Below, one piece after another: positions 1-13,054 of a stretch of DNA of 44,982 nucleotides; position 1 is the stretch's first letter; the number at the start of each line of letters is the position of its first letter. Below the pieces are notes generated by a model. It was not told where the DNA came from. It ran no database searches and was given only the letters and a program-made list of their open reading frames with translations. This stretch comes from Rotaria socialis (lineage: Eukaryota): NCBI GenBank assembly GCA_905331295.1, contig CAJNYD010000329.1, forward strand, positions 1-44,982. The letters are read 5' to 3'. Made by a program: the position numbers and the translations under genes.

Positions 1-280
1 AATTTTCTCAGAATTATTCACAACATATATAAATCGACTCAGTTTTTAACGCTGATTCTAAATCTGATATTAGTTTTGAACTAAGTCATAGCTTTCTAAC
101 GAAACATCGCCTGAAAAACGTCTCAAAATACACAGAAACTGCATCCAGAAATCAAATTGTCTAGTTTCTCATGATAATTTTGGTGTTCAGATATTCTAGA
201 ATGACTCATATGTCTCATGTACTTTTTGCAGTACACATAACTCTCGGATGAAATCCGAAGTCTCCACATTTATTTTCTTT
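1..280. repeat. Dispersed repeat copy (non-autonomous TE fragment) inside an intron
   Basis: Close reverse-complement match to ~39860-40135, e.g. CTAGTTTCTCATGATAATTTTGGTGTTCAGA versus TCTGAACACCAAAATTATCATGAGAAACTAG. Confidence 0.85.
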
Positions 281-295
281 TCTAATTTAACTTAC

Positions 296-601
296 AGAAG
301 TACTTGTAGACGACCTTCAAATGGTATCCGTTTAAATGATTCGATATCAATATATTCTTGATATTGTTCATTCCATATTTGAATAACTAAAGTTGTTTTT
401 ATTATCTGTTGTAATTGAAATTCTTGAACTGAAAAACCAAATTAAAAAATTTATTTTTGAAATTAAAAAAAAATAACTAATTCAACTTATTAAATATTTA
501 AGATTTTGATGTGAAATTCCATTTTGTTGATGATAATATTCACTTGTAATTGGTATTTCAATTAAACGATTTCGTTGACGAAATCGACATAAATAAATCA
601 T
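296..601 (-). CDS. 5' exons of an uncharacterised protein gene running off the left edge
   Basis: ATG at 601; exon 601-487, 58-nt GT..CAG intron, exon 428-296, then GTAAG donor. Spliced frame is open: MIYLCRFRQRNRLIEIP...IQIWNEQYQEYIDIESFKRIPFEGRLQVL. Confidence 0.6.
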
Positions 602-1322
602 TGATGTTAATTCCACAGATGATCTAATTCGTATAGAATCTTAATTATTGATCAAATCAATATTATAAATTGAAATTATCGAACGAAAAAAAGGAAAAAC
701 AGGCATCGGTCACTTTTAATTCCTCGTCTATTTTCTGATAGTTAATAAATGATATCGCTTACCGTGATGAAAATGATGTTTTACGAAAAACTGTCGTTTT
801 TTTATTCATCATTATTCAATGTTGAATCGAGATGGATTGAGAGTGCGCATTTTTTTCACGTAGAAAAAATAAAAATGACGTATATAAACGAAATAACAAA
901 TAAAGTATCTTTTATCCTTTTGACGGTATCGCTCGTGTCGTTGGCACATATATTTGGCAATTTAATACATCAGACATCGCCTGTGCTATATGAGAGTATA
1001 GGTAGAACTTTGTGCCAGAATAAAACCATAAGCGATGATGAGAGAATAATATGTTTTGTTTTTATTCAAATCGACCGTTACATGATTAAACAATACTAAA
1101 GTTAATCTTTGAGTTATACAGAAATAAATCTGTATCTATACGATGTTCTATTTCAAATATTATCACTTGTCCGTATCACTTCGAAATATCAGATTACATT
1201 TCTCTCATAGAATATTTTCATTTTTACCATCAAATAATTCGTTTAGTTTTTCTTCTTAGAAAAGATTTTTTATTTTTAACAAAAACAAAAAAAAACAACA
1301 ATCATGTTTTTCTTTCCACGTA

Positions 1323-4091
1323 TTATTTTTCTGGCAGTTGGTTGTTGTCCGCTGTTTGAAGATATGCTAAAGCATTCTGTTGGCACGATCGTAGAACATG
1401 TGTATCCGATTGAAATTTACCATTTAGAATTTCTTCGCATTGTTGTCGAACATGTTTATCCGATGTTTTTTTCAATAAAATTAATTCGTACAATGTTGCA
1501 TTTTGTGAATTACAATATTCGGGATCATCTAAATCCCAAAGATATCTTATGCCCGAGCCAGAAAATTCATTATCATATAATTGCTCAGTAACTAACGGTG
1601 ATATTGTTAATAATGCTTTTATCATAACTAAAATAGCACTAACTGATTTACTTGATTGTAAATGTAATACCATTGTTAATAGGCGCTTGACAAAAGCAAG
1701 TAACTTATTTTTTGATAATTGTTTATAACGATCAAGTAACATCATTTGTATGAGTTTAACAACAAGATCAATATCAGTATCCGATGGACACGGTAAAAGT
1801 AATGAATAAAATAACGCATAAAATCGTTGTGGATCAATATGTATTAATACTTGTTGTCGATTTAATATGGAGAAGACTGTTATTAAACAATGAAATTTAG
1901 CACGTTGGTTTAAACCAGTTTTCTCAGACGATAATTCGTCATAATAACAGGCTATTAAATCATCCATATATTCAATATTAATTAGATTAGCAAATTTAGC
2001 TAAACCTTCACATACACTTGGCATCAAACGTAAATTGAGACGACGTTTTAATAAACGAAAATAATTAAGAAAAATTAATTCAACTATTTGACGATTTATT
2101 TTTATACGATGGTCTTGACGATTAGCTAAAGTTTTATTTTCAAGTAACTTATTTAATTCTTGTTTTTCTTTATGTTGACGACGATCACGGCGTGATAATT
2201 TTTGAGCTCGATAATCTGGTTTCGTTGCTTTTTCAATTTTTTTTTCTTCTATTGGAGATATTTCACGGATATTAAGTGACAGAAATACATTGAGTACACA
2301 TGGTTCAACAGCGTATGAACGAGTTTTTAACAAGCGTGTAACAAAACGAACAACTTCAAGAGATAATTCACCTGCACGATCATCATGAAGAAGACTCGCA
2401 ATACAACTGCAACATTCTTCCCGTACAGCCAAATCACTAGAAGTAAAATAATATTTATATTCATAGAAGATAAAAACTTCAAACAACGACATAGCTATTA
2501 AAACAAATGGTAAGACGACAACTTTAGGTCTTGAAATGCATATCGTTGAGTTTAATTTTCATTTAGAAATGAATCAATGTAATTTAGAACATTATATGAA
2601 GCATTTTAATAATCTCTATGTTTGTTGCCTGTCATTACAGAAGAAATGAAGCCAACTACTATTTATATCTGTCAGTTGATGTCGATGACGAAATTTGTTT
2701 TTTCTTTGAAGATTTGATTTTTAGGATAATATTCACGTAAATTTTTAGAAAAATGACACCAATCCATCTCTAGTTCTTCGACATTTTTTTAAATTTAGAA
2801 ACAATTCATAATCGTCTTCGTTTTGCATAAATATAAATTATATAGGGTTCAACCGAAAGAAAATTTCTTAAGAATTAAAGTTTCGTTGTAGTATACGCTG
2901 AATATGAAGTCGATCTTTTCAATGTTCTTACCTACTAGCCATAAATTGCACAACGACGTTCAGTAAATTCGTTCGAAAATTGAAATTATGTAAATGTGTT
3001 AATAATTTACATAAACATTGTATAGCTAAATGTCCAAGATTAAGCTTTGATGCTGGAATTGTTTTAAGTTGCTTATGTTTATTTTTTGCCAAATGATTTT
3101 CTGGAAGACTTTTTTTAGCGCATTGTTCAAGAAAATGAAGAAAATGTTGATAGTGTTTAAGTAAAGTTTGTTCGAAATGTCGAATAACTTTAACATCTTT
3201 AGATAGATTTTCTTTATGCGAATATTTTTCTTTTTTCGAATTTTTAATTTCTTCATTATCATCTTTAGTTTGTTCTTTCAATGAACGTATACGATATCCA
3301 GGTACAATATCACGAAATAGTTCAACTAATGACAGCATTGTTAATTTTCTTACTGTCATTGATATTAATGGATCGCCAAGATTTAGCAATAGACGTAATT
3401 GTTTTAAATTTGATATTTCTTCATAAGGACTTTTCATGATTAAATCACATAAATTAACAATTGTTTGTTTGGTTTCATTCAATTTTCTATCACGTTCAGC
3501 GATCAATTCAATAATTGAAACAGGTTTCGATGGTTCAGAAGGAGCAGCAGATAGCATAGAATCCATTTTATCATCGGCGTCTTCTTCATCATCATCGTCG
3601 TCATCTTGAATTTCTTGTTGAACTACGACTGGTGCTGATTGAGCGATTAATTGTCCGCGATCAGTTTTAATTGGTAATAATGGCCGTTGTTGATTTGTCT
3701 TATTAAATGATGAGCGTGGTAAAAGTTCGTATGATTCAATAAGTTCATTATCCTCATCTTCATCATCTGTTGGAATATTAATTTGTTCAGGTTCTTCATC
3801 CGACAACATATCTAATGGTAAAATAAGATTATCATCATCGGCATCATATCCGTTCTTATCACTTTCCATCGTCAAGTTTTGTTGTTGTTGTTGTTGTTGT
3901 TGTTTTTTCGGTTGAGGCTTATTTTTTTGATAAACCGATGGATTCTTTTTTAATGGTACATTAAATTTTACTTTTCGATGAAATTTTTTTTCTTGTTTCG
4001 AAGCTTTGCCAACAGGGCCTTGTTTTTTCTTTTCACGTGTCATTTTTGAACGTGTTTTTGGTTTGGCAGCTTTTTTCGAAGGTTTAGCCAT
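1323..4091 (-). CDS. NOC3L: Nucleolar complex protein 3 homolog (NOC3/CBF-Mak21), 2 exons 4091-2932 and 2436-1323, ~757 aa
   Basis: Lys-rich and acidic N-terminus, LLPIKT motif, SLVELFRDIVPGYRIR, HNFNFRTNLL, EGLAKFANLINIEY, C-terminal DDPEYCNSQNATLYEL. The 495-nt intron 2437-2931 joins the two ORFs in phase. Confidence 0.93.
3879..3903. repeat. (TTG)n microsatellite encoding poly-Gln in NOC3L
   Basis: ttgttgttg... run; the translation has KQQQQQQQN. Confidence 0.9.
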
Positions 4092-4350
4092 TTTAAATAT
4101 CAATCTAAAAATGTTTTACACATTAACTGAATAGCTAGTCTAGTCTAGCCAAGAAGAAGAAGAAGAGAGGATAACGTTTTTATTGGTTGGTCGAAAGAAT
4201 TAATCGAATACAGCGATCAATCCCTTTACAATACAAGTAGCTATGAGCGACATCTAATGAATATATTTATTAAAAATATTAAATAAAAACAATTTTTAAC
4301 GTTCAATAGAAGCAAATGTTTTATGAGTTGCTGAATGCGGAGATAAAAAA

Positions 4351-6283
4351 TCATGTGCTGCATAAGTCGAAGATCGGCGAGTTTCTTGAGTGCGTGTACG
4401 AGTTGTTATTAATTGTTGCTGTAGAACTTCGGGGTATAGATTTTTTCGGTGCATCAGAACTTAAATCAGTATTGACCAATTGTCTAGTTGGCATGTGTCT
4501 TATCCATTTGACAATGTAAATGATTAGGACAATCAATATCATGGAACCAATTATAATACCAACGATACCACTAATGGGAAAAGATGAAGTCGCCTTAAGT
4601 TGGTTTGTTGTTGTTGATACACTTGTAGTTGTAGTTATAACAGTTGTTGTTTTTGTTTGCGTTGTTTGTGTAGTTTGAGTGATTATTGTTTGTAATGTTG
4701 GTACCTATGTAAAATAAGACAATGAAAATTATCGTTGTTTATATTAAATAAACACTCACGGTTCGATTTGCTGAAGTCATCGTTGTTACTGTCTTATTTG
4801 CTTCTGATGGTGTATTAAATGTCCAAAATTGACTATCTACTATTCCCATCGAATCTCTTAAACAAGTTGATATAGGTAAAAATACGCCTGGATCCAGTGA
4901 AATATAGTCATATTCTCCGGGAATAAAAACAACGCTTGATAAAATTACGAAACGATCTGATTGATATATCACATTGGCTGTTTGTTTTGCTATATTATAT
5001 GTAACAAAATCTTTTCCAGTTGAGTTTATTTGAAAGCGAACATACGCATCAGTATTCGGCCGTACAAATGTTGTTCCTGTAGGATAGATCAATGTCTAAT
5101 TCGATTGATATTTTGATACAAGACCCATCGGAAAACGTGTTGCATTGCTAACATAAAGACTATTAAGACTATCTTGAGCTATTTGAACACTAAGACAGAG
5201 ACATGTTGCATCACCTTGATTATCAATCGAGTCGACACCAGCAAAACAAAATAGATTTTGACCTACTTTATTGAGATTACCTGTATAATATACGTTAAAA
5301 GCATTAGTAGTTCGGTTATACGGGTCTGTATATGCTGCTGATTGCGTGAAGCCTGCTGGATAAAGACCAATTATACTAGTTAATGTCGCATTTGGACATT
5401 GAATCTGAATTCGAAGAACCATTGTGATTAATTGACCAGACACAAGAAAAATACATTGATCAGCAGGTACATCACCAATATAAAGTGGTGGTAAAGAGCA
5501 TGTTATCTTCGAATCCCAAACATTCAAAGTAAACTGAATAGGTACATGTGAAAGAGGTGGCGTACTTGTATCGTTTTCAAAATCAAGCACAGTCAATGCT
5601 AGAGCATAGTAACCAATTGTAACTGGTCTGAAACGAAGAACACAACTAGCCTCATTGAGAAAAGTCGTGACAGGTAATGCAAGTGCATATCGACATACAC
5701 CAGCACATTCTTGACTTGTATTTAACCAAATGCATGTATATCGATCAAAATCATTATCAGCAACATTTATTTTGATATTATACGTAGGAAAACGATGAAG
5801 TCGAATAATTGGTAGCATTGTAACAATAGGCGCTTGATTATATCGTCCACGCGGCCGTATATAAGTGTTAATTTCTGTTGCTACTGATCATGCTCCCCCA
5901 TCAGTAACCAACGAAAACCATACTGAGCTGTTAAATGTTGCTCGAAATAGAGAGCTAGACGGAACACGAAAAGTAAATCGCCCTTCGCCACTAACATAGC
6001 TTTCAATTTGATTAAAACCAGTACATGGAACAACTACTGTACCGATAGTACTAATATTCGATGAACCACCGGAAGGACAAATAATACTTTCAGAACCAAT
6101 CATATAGCTTCCAGCAGTTATCTGACCAGTTGTGCATGGCCACCATGAATAATTCCATGCATGACGTTGAAGTGTTTCGACGGCAAGTGGATTCGATGTA
6201 GAGTTTTTTACACGCCGTGTAATCATCGATCCATGAAAATGAGAACATGACACAACAACGATCAAGACAAAGAAAGTTGGCAC
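4351..6283 (-). pseudogene. Decayed type I membrane protein gene, Sib/integrin-beta-like ectodomain with Thr-rich stalk and TM helix
   Basis: Three ORFs (6283-5888, 5818-5096, 5092-4739) share one frame, split by TGA 5888-5890 and TAG 5096-5098. Motifs SHFHGSMIT, NQAPIV..LP, VADNDFD, ECAGVC, ALTVLDF. Intron 4705-4759 precedes a Thr-rich stalk and TM (GIVGIIIGSMILIVLIIYIV). No in-frame ATG found. Confidence 0.7.
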
Positions 6284-8222
6284 TGATGCGCCGATTGATT
6301 TCTTTTTAAAAAGTATTCAATATTACTCATGAAACGAACGGGCTTATATAATACGTTTTTTTATTTTGTATGCAAAAAGAAAAAAAAAGAACATGAGATT
6401 GCTGGAACCAGATTACTTCATAAACATTTTTATTAACAACGTGATTCGTATGGTTTCAATCATTGTTGTCAAAAAAGAAAATATTCTAATCAATGTTTAT
6501 TTTTCATCCAGAAACTGCCTTATAAAAAAATCTACGGATGAAATTTGTAATTAAATTAAAAATCAACATCACGACCAATTCATTTGTACTGCCGGTTCGA
6601 TACAATAGAAAAGAATTTGTTTACAGTATATCTCAGTAATAGTCCAATAGAAAAGCCATACAAACATCGTCTGAGTATCATCTCAAAAGCAAGTAATACT
6701 TTTCTGAAAACAAAACAGAATATTTCTTCATTGTATGAACGAATTGATAATTTCTACATTCAAAAGTCCATATCAATTTAATCAAAACATTAATTTGTTC
6801 GCGGGCAATAAATCTAGACTTGAAAATATTTCATCATATTTAGTGAATTGCATGTAAACAAGCTATGATTATCGTTGAACGGTTCACGAGAAAATATTTT
6901 CTAATTTGATATGAAAGCAATTTAAAAAATCGAGTATTTTCTTATTTTGTAAAGCTTTTATTTTTCTTTCAATGACACACAAATGTCGGCGAATAAGTTT
7001 TGCCTTTTCTGTTATTTTTTGGTGAACTATATATATATATATTTCTCACGTATTCCAGAGAGTTCTTTTTTTCTTATTTAAATAAGCTCGATTTACTAGA
7101 AAACAACTGAATTTCAACGGAAGGCATCAACAACAGCAGAAGAATTTATGTTCTTTGCGCCATAAATTTTAGTGCCATTCTTTTTCTTTTGTGTTTGATA
7201 AAGTCAAATAAAAATAATTGTAAAGAATTTATAGATTTTGGCCGATATAACATTCCCGTATGTCACTCGAGCATTCTCTATATTAAGAACTCTTTTAATA
7301 GTGTTTTCTCAAAGCAACAAACTGCCACTTGATTATGATTACATTAGTAACAAAAGAAATAAAAACCAAAATTTTGTCTTGCATTTCTTTGTGTAGCAAG
7401 TAGTCATTGATAATATGATGCCTTTCGTAAAACGACAAAAGAAAAGTGCGTAGAGAGTAACAATAGATAAGGCAAATCTATCAAGTGTATGTGTGCTTCT
7501 TACACATAATCTTTAACATTACGGTTATATTTACTAACGTATATAGCAGAATGAATTGAGACAAAACATTATTCAACATTTTTTTTTCGTTGTTTCATTT
7601 TAATTTAATTCTTAAATTATAAGTCAACACATATTCGATTAAATAAAAAGATACATCAATGATGAATAAGTTCAAGAATGGTGAAACAATTTTTAATATT
7701 CATAATAATACTCCGGGTAAATTTGATATAGTTTTTCCATCATAACTATGTACAAGTATCAAAATGTTTTTCTTTTGTAATATAAAAGATGCTGTCTTAT
7801 TCCGGATCGTTCAGCAATGAGTAAGATGCAGAGAGAAAAAGCAACAAAAATATTTTCTAAATTTCTGGTGCGCAAATGTCAGTTTCAAGGCCACCACCAA
7901 CAAAAAAAGAAGCACTAAAGATTTGTATTTTTCTAAACACAAAAAAACAGAGATTCAGTTTGCAAATTCCTTTATTTTATTCTTCTCTTTCTCTTACCCT
8001 TCTTCCGAATGAGATGTGTGCATAAAGCATTCTTATATGATTTTCTTTCTTTTCTTTTTACGCTAAATCGCATAGAACTGAGCAACATTCTTTTGCGGTC
8101 TCCTCCCACTTCCAAATTCAACGCCAGCACTCAAGAATAGTTTACGATCTTTTCAAACACCGTCATTATCCTCTTTATACACCGGCAATTACATTTCAAA
8201 AACATCCACAAGCAACAACAAC

Positions 8223-9910
8223 ATGAATGCGTACTACTCTTCGAGACAGCGCTCCAAATCACAAGTAGACTTGAATCATTTTTGGAATCATTCAGATCCA
8301 ATATCTTCATCGATGCTCGTTAAATCGGCATCGGCAATCATACAACCATTTATTTTTAATCAACAACGAAAAAAAGACAGATACGAATTGTCGAAACTCA
8401 ATGATGAATTTGCTGACTACATTGAAAAAGTCCGATATTTAGAATCCTACAATAAAAAAATCGAAATGGATTTGAGTCTTCTTACTGAAAAACAAATTCA
8501 AGGTTCCAAAACGTTTCAAGCAATGTTTGAGAAAGAAATTGCACAATTAAAAGAAACGGCCGAAAAATTATTAAGAAACAAACCTACTTCAATTACTATT
8601 TCACAAAACGCACAGGTTGGCATTTGTTTCTATTAATAATTTTAATATAAACTCTAATACCATATTGTGTGATTCATATTTTTTTTCCACTTTAGAATTT
8701 AACTCTTCCAGTTAAAAGACAGCTCGTCGAAAGTTTAAAAGATCGCGATTCATCGCAATATGACACGGAAAAAATTGAAAGACAACTATCGTCTGTTGAG
8801 GGCGATATTCACATGTATAATCGTCGTCTCATCCATCAAGATAATGAACATCAAAAATGGAAACAATTTATTTCCCATATTCAACGTCTTACATTACAAG
8901 CAAAAAACGAAATTCATAATGAAATCTTAGCACGTGCATCTTGCGAAAAAACAGTATCACAATTACGTATCGAGATAAGTCAATTGAATGAACAACAACG
9001 AAAACGAGTGAACGATATTAAAAAAACATCCTATATTTTAACTTCGAATTCAACCAATGAACGTGCACTTACGTTTAGATCTGAATTATCTAATGGCATA
9101 AGAAGTATTCGGCAAGAGTTCGAAAACCAACATGATTCATTACGTAGTGAATTATATGAAAAATTCAAACAAACCTATGAGATTACAATTCGGCAAAATC
9201 CTGACTTTAACTCATTACTTTTAAATCAACTTGAACAGAAACGTATAAAACAAGAAGACACATACATACGTACTGAACTTCAAGATGTACGAAACAATAC
9301 GGATTTATTAAACCTGAAAAATTCCGATTTAAGATTACGTATACGTGAATTACAAATCAAACTCGAACAGAGCAAAGAAGAAAATAAACGTATTTTACAA
9401 GCACAAGAAGATCTCATGAATAAAATGAAATTAAAACATGAAAATATGACAAAAGATTATGAAAATGTCCTAAGTAAACAATTATCATTGGAAAATGAAA
9501 TTGCAACATACGGAAATTTATTAGATGGTATTATGAAACCCGTTGTCGATCATATTGTTGACGACTATAATCTAAAGGCTGCTAATAGTGCAAAACAACA
9601 ATATCGAAATAGTTTAGTAACTCGAAGACCTGTTTCCATGAGCACTGATCTATTATCAGCAATGCCTCGTCGTGCGGATAGAAATGAAACTGATTCTTAT
9701 GTTTCTTTTATGACGATCAATCTCAATAACAATCATTCAAGATCTCTGAGAGATATTTCAACAGCAACAACGAACAGAAATTTTGGGGATTTCTATCTTA
9801 AACCGTCTGATATTAATCACCAGATTGTGGAACGACAAGCATCGGTAAACTATGGGTCTCCGACAAATAATCAACATACAATCATTATTCAAACACGAAG
9901 AAAAAACTGA
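8223..9910 (+). CDS. Intermediate filament protein, 2 exons 8223-8615 and 8696-9910, ~535 aa
   Basis: Coil 1A motif ELSKLNDEFADYIEKVRYLE and rod-end motif LENEIATYGNLLDG; in-phase 80-nt intron. Confidence 0.9.
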
Positions 9911-10780
9911 TCTTTTTCTATTTTATTTTTCCAAACAACTATAATTTTTTTTCAAATGCTTCATTTTATTTTTTGGATGGTAAATAAAACATATGAAGTA
10001 GAGACTGAAGATTTTTAGATAGTTTTGAATAAGAGAAACGTTTTAAGAAATGAGTCTAATCAGTCGCTCTAAGCGATTGTCAACACAGAAACCAATTCAA
10101 ACTTTACGTTTTTTTGAAGTCGCCATTTAACAAAGTAAACAATATTTGATTTTACAGTTTGATTTATGAAATTTTTTGTTAATATTCGACTTCTTCGTAA
10201 ATGCCATCACTTCAAATTGTTTTAAGAAGGTCAAGTAGAAATAATATTTAAGAAGAAACAAGATTGTATGATCATGCTAATAACAGTCATTGCTACTGTG
10301 ATTCGTCAGCATTTGTCCTTGTGTTCATTATAGTAGTAGTCTTTCGAATTCTAGAAAATTTCAAATTCAATAAAAACAAGTACAAACTAGATCTGATGGG
10401 GATTTATAGTAAAATAATGGTAACAAATATCGATAGTTTATTCATTGTCCGCACTATAGATAATATCATTTTTGAAATTTATGTAGAAAATTAAGTATAG
10501 AGTGAAACTCTAAAAAAATATTCTACTCTTTTATGTATTCGTAAATTTCTCAATTACAAATATTTGAGAATACAAATCAGTTAAAGTTTATTTACCTTTT
10601 TTCTTTTTGAATGTCATAAGAAAATTTTAGCTTTTCTCATTGACAACACTAGTAGTCATTTCATGCAATAGAAAGAGAAATAACGAAAATTCAATGTGTG
10701 ATTTCATAGAATAGGACCACAAAAATATAAAAGTGGCATGTAACAGATATCTTATTAGAGAAAAGAAGCATAATAATTAT

Positions 10781-11268
10781 CAGTGGCGTATCCAGCAGGG
10801 TAGCAATTGGGCAATTGCCACCCAAACGAAATTTTATTGCTACCTATTTCTTTTTTAGTACAGGCAATTGCCCATCGTAAAAAGATAAGAAAATTTGTGT
10901 ACAGTTAAAGATTTGAGGACTGTTTTCTTTCAACACATTTGCTTGCGGCGAGATTTAATCAAGTGATTTACAAAAATCAATCTTCAATGTCTTCTAGCTA
11001 AAGAATGATCGCCATAATAATTCATTGATATTCACTGGCAAAATACTCTCTATCTCTTATACACTCAAATTTGCTAAAAATAAAGGTGGATAAATGTTCA
11101 ACGATCTTTCCATTTCTACGAACANATGACTACAGCTTTCTCTTCAAATACACAACGGCTTCTGTAATGCGCATAATTTTTTTAAATTATTGCCCACTAT
11201 TGCTACTCAATATAAATAATTTAGCTGGTGAATTGCCACCTACTTAAAAAATCCTGGCTACGCCACTG
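10781..11268. mobile_element. MITE with CAGTGGCGTA termini
   Basis: TIR CAGTGGCGTATCCAG ... CTGGCTACGCCACTG (15 bp, 1 mismatch). Flanked by direct repeat AATAATTAT at 10772-10780 and 11269-11277. Subterminal (GC)AATTGCC motifs. Confidence 0.88.
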
Positions 11269-12536
11269 AATAATTATATACTACAAAAATAAAAGGAATT
11301 TCATTCATTCTTACACAAGTCCAAATAATTATTAGCGGTTTCATCATGACTTGAATTATAAATTCCTTTATGAAAATTCTCGATTCCATGAAAGAGACAG
11401 CTGCATATTGTTCAGACAGCTGATACAACTCTAGTAGCCATCACAATAGTATGTATCAGAAGTGCTACCAGAATTATTATATCTTTTGAGGATCAGTAGA
11501 GTCAAACATGTAATCCTATTATACATATGGACCTTATCTATGATTATTTATATTACAAGAAAAAAACATACTAGTTTAAATATTAGTATATTTATTACTC
11601 CTATTTATAAGATATAGAAGATTATGAAAATGAACTGTTAAGTATATTATATCCAAGAGAAGCCTTTAATCTTGCTATATGGAAATGTTTACACAACAAA
11701 ATTTTTTTTTCTATTCCATAAATACTCATCAAAAGCAATTTTTATTATCAATACGGTTAATGATAACTTTTATTAGTTTCATAAAATACAATTTATGATT
11801 TGCAATAGCACAATTTGTATATTTATTTTTTGTTTTAATGAACAAATTAAACTCACCCAATTCATCTATGTTTATCAAACCCATTCAAGAAGAAATAGTG
11901 ATATCAATACTGTGTATTTGATGCCTATATGTGAGTTCACAATGCCTCTATAGTCGAATAATAATCATTGATTTCTTGATATACGCCATGTTTTTTTTTC
12001 TATACTACCTGCAGAGAACACAATAAATAATACTGTTCACATAGTACTTGTAGTTGAAGTGTGATTAAAACAATTCAATGTGATTAAGTCATTTTAGAGA
12101 TAGTTTTTCGTGAAAACACAATGAACAGATGTATTAACAGCTTATTATACTGTGTTGTATGTCAAGCCTGCATCTTGCCGTTATTTGATATTTGTTCATA
12201 TATGAACGATCAGACAGACAATAGGTATTATTTATATATGCTATCGCATGAACTTTGCGTAATGACTATAATGTTCAAATTGAATTTCGACAAAGATATT
12301 GATAGTGTGCGTGTATATATTTAATGTCGGTATAGCACAATGGTATAGAGCATGAACATTCTTTCTTTTTTTCTTGTTGTTATTCATATTCACCTTCTAT
12401 CGCTAGTCTACTGGCTTTCTTTCTCTCTCCTAGTCTTTTGTTTCTTTTTGCTCTGTTAGAAGAAGCGAACAACACGAGAGTAGGTGTATTCATTCATTCG
12501 CGATCGCCTGCAGTCAAAGGTGTTGTAGTTGACCGT

Positions 12537-12555
12537 AGTGTGTGTGTGTGTGTGT
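12537..12555. repeat. (GT)n microsatellite
   Basis: gtgtgtgt... run. Confidence 0.8.
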
Positions 12556-12784
12556 ATATATTGTCACTTTTTTCTCATTTTTATACATAAGTGACCTTGA
12601 CAAGCGACAATATACATCGACTAAAATACTGCTTTATTAATTCATAGTCAATCGTAATAATGATCGACAAACAACAAAACTAATGTATGTCTGTTATGAA
12701 TCAAAATTTCTTAGCATAGTCTCACTCTCTCTTACTCTCATATATTTTAGTTTCAAGTGTTTCAGTAGAACAAAGCATAATAAT

Positions 12785-13054
12785 ATGGGCACATGTTATA
12801 GCAAACGTTCAGCTTGTTATGATTTAACTCAAAATCATCATGCAATAACAATTTGTACACTAAAATCGCCTGGAACACCACCAGCAACATTACGTCGTTT
12901 CAGTAGTTTACGTCACAGTGTAAAATCATTTTCGTCGATGGCATATCAACGTCGAAGTTTTCGCACACGATCAACGACAGGTATTAAGCAAAGTCCGAAA
13001 ACTAAACATTTATGTATTGTTAAATATAATGAATCGAAAGAAGCACTTGTTTGA
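12785..13054 (+). CDS. Small basic 89-aa protein with N-terminal MGxC acylation-type motif
   Basis: MGTCYSK start, Ser/Arg-rich body. A 5'UTR intron 12685-12750 (GTATGT..TTTAG) lies upstream; ATTAAA and AATAAA lie downstream. Confidence 0.55.
   Translation: MGTCYSKRSACYDLTQNHHAITICTLKSPGTPPATLRRFSSLRHSVKSFSSMAYQRRSFRTRSTTGIKQSPKTKHLCIVKYNESKEALV

Noticed and set aside
749..1099. 116-aa plus-strand ORF
   Set aside because: No recognisable motif; lies in the intergenic or promoter region between two minus-strand genes.
1304..1591. Plus-strand ORF with repeated IVEHVYP
   Set aside because: Antisense shadow of NOC3L exon 2.
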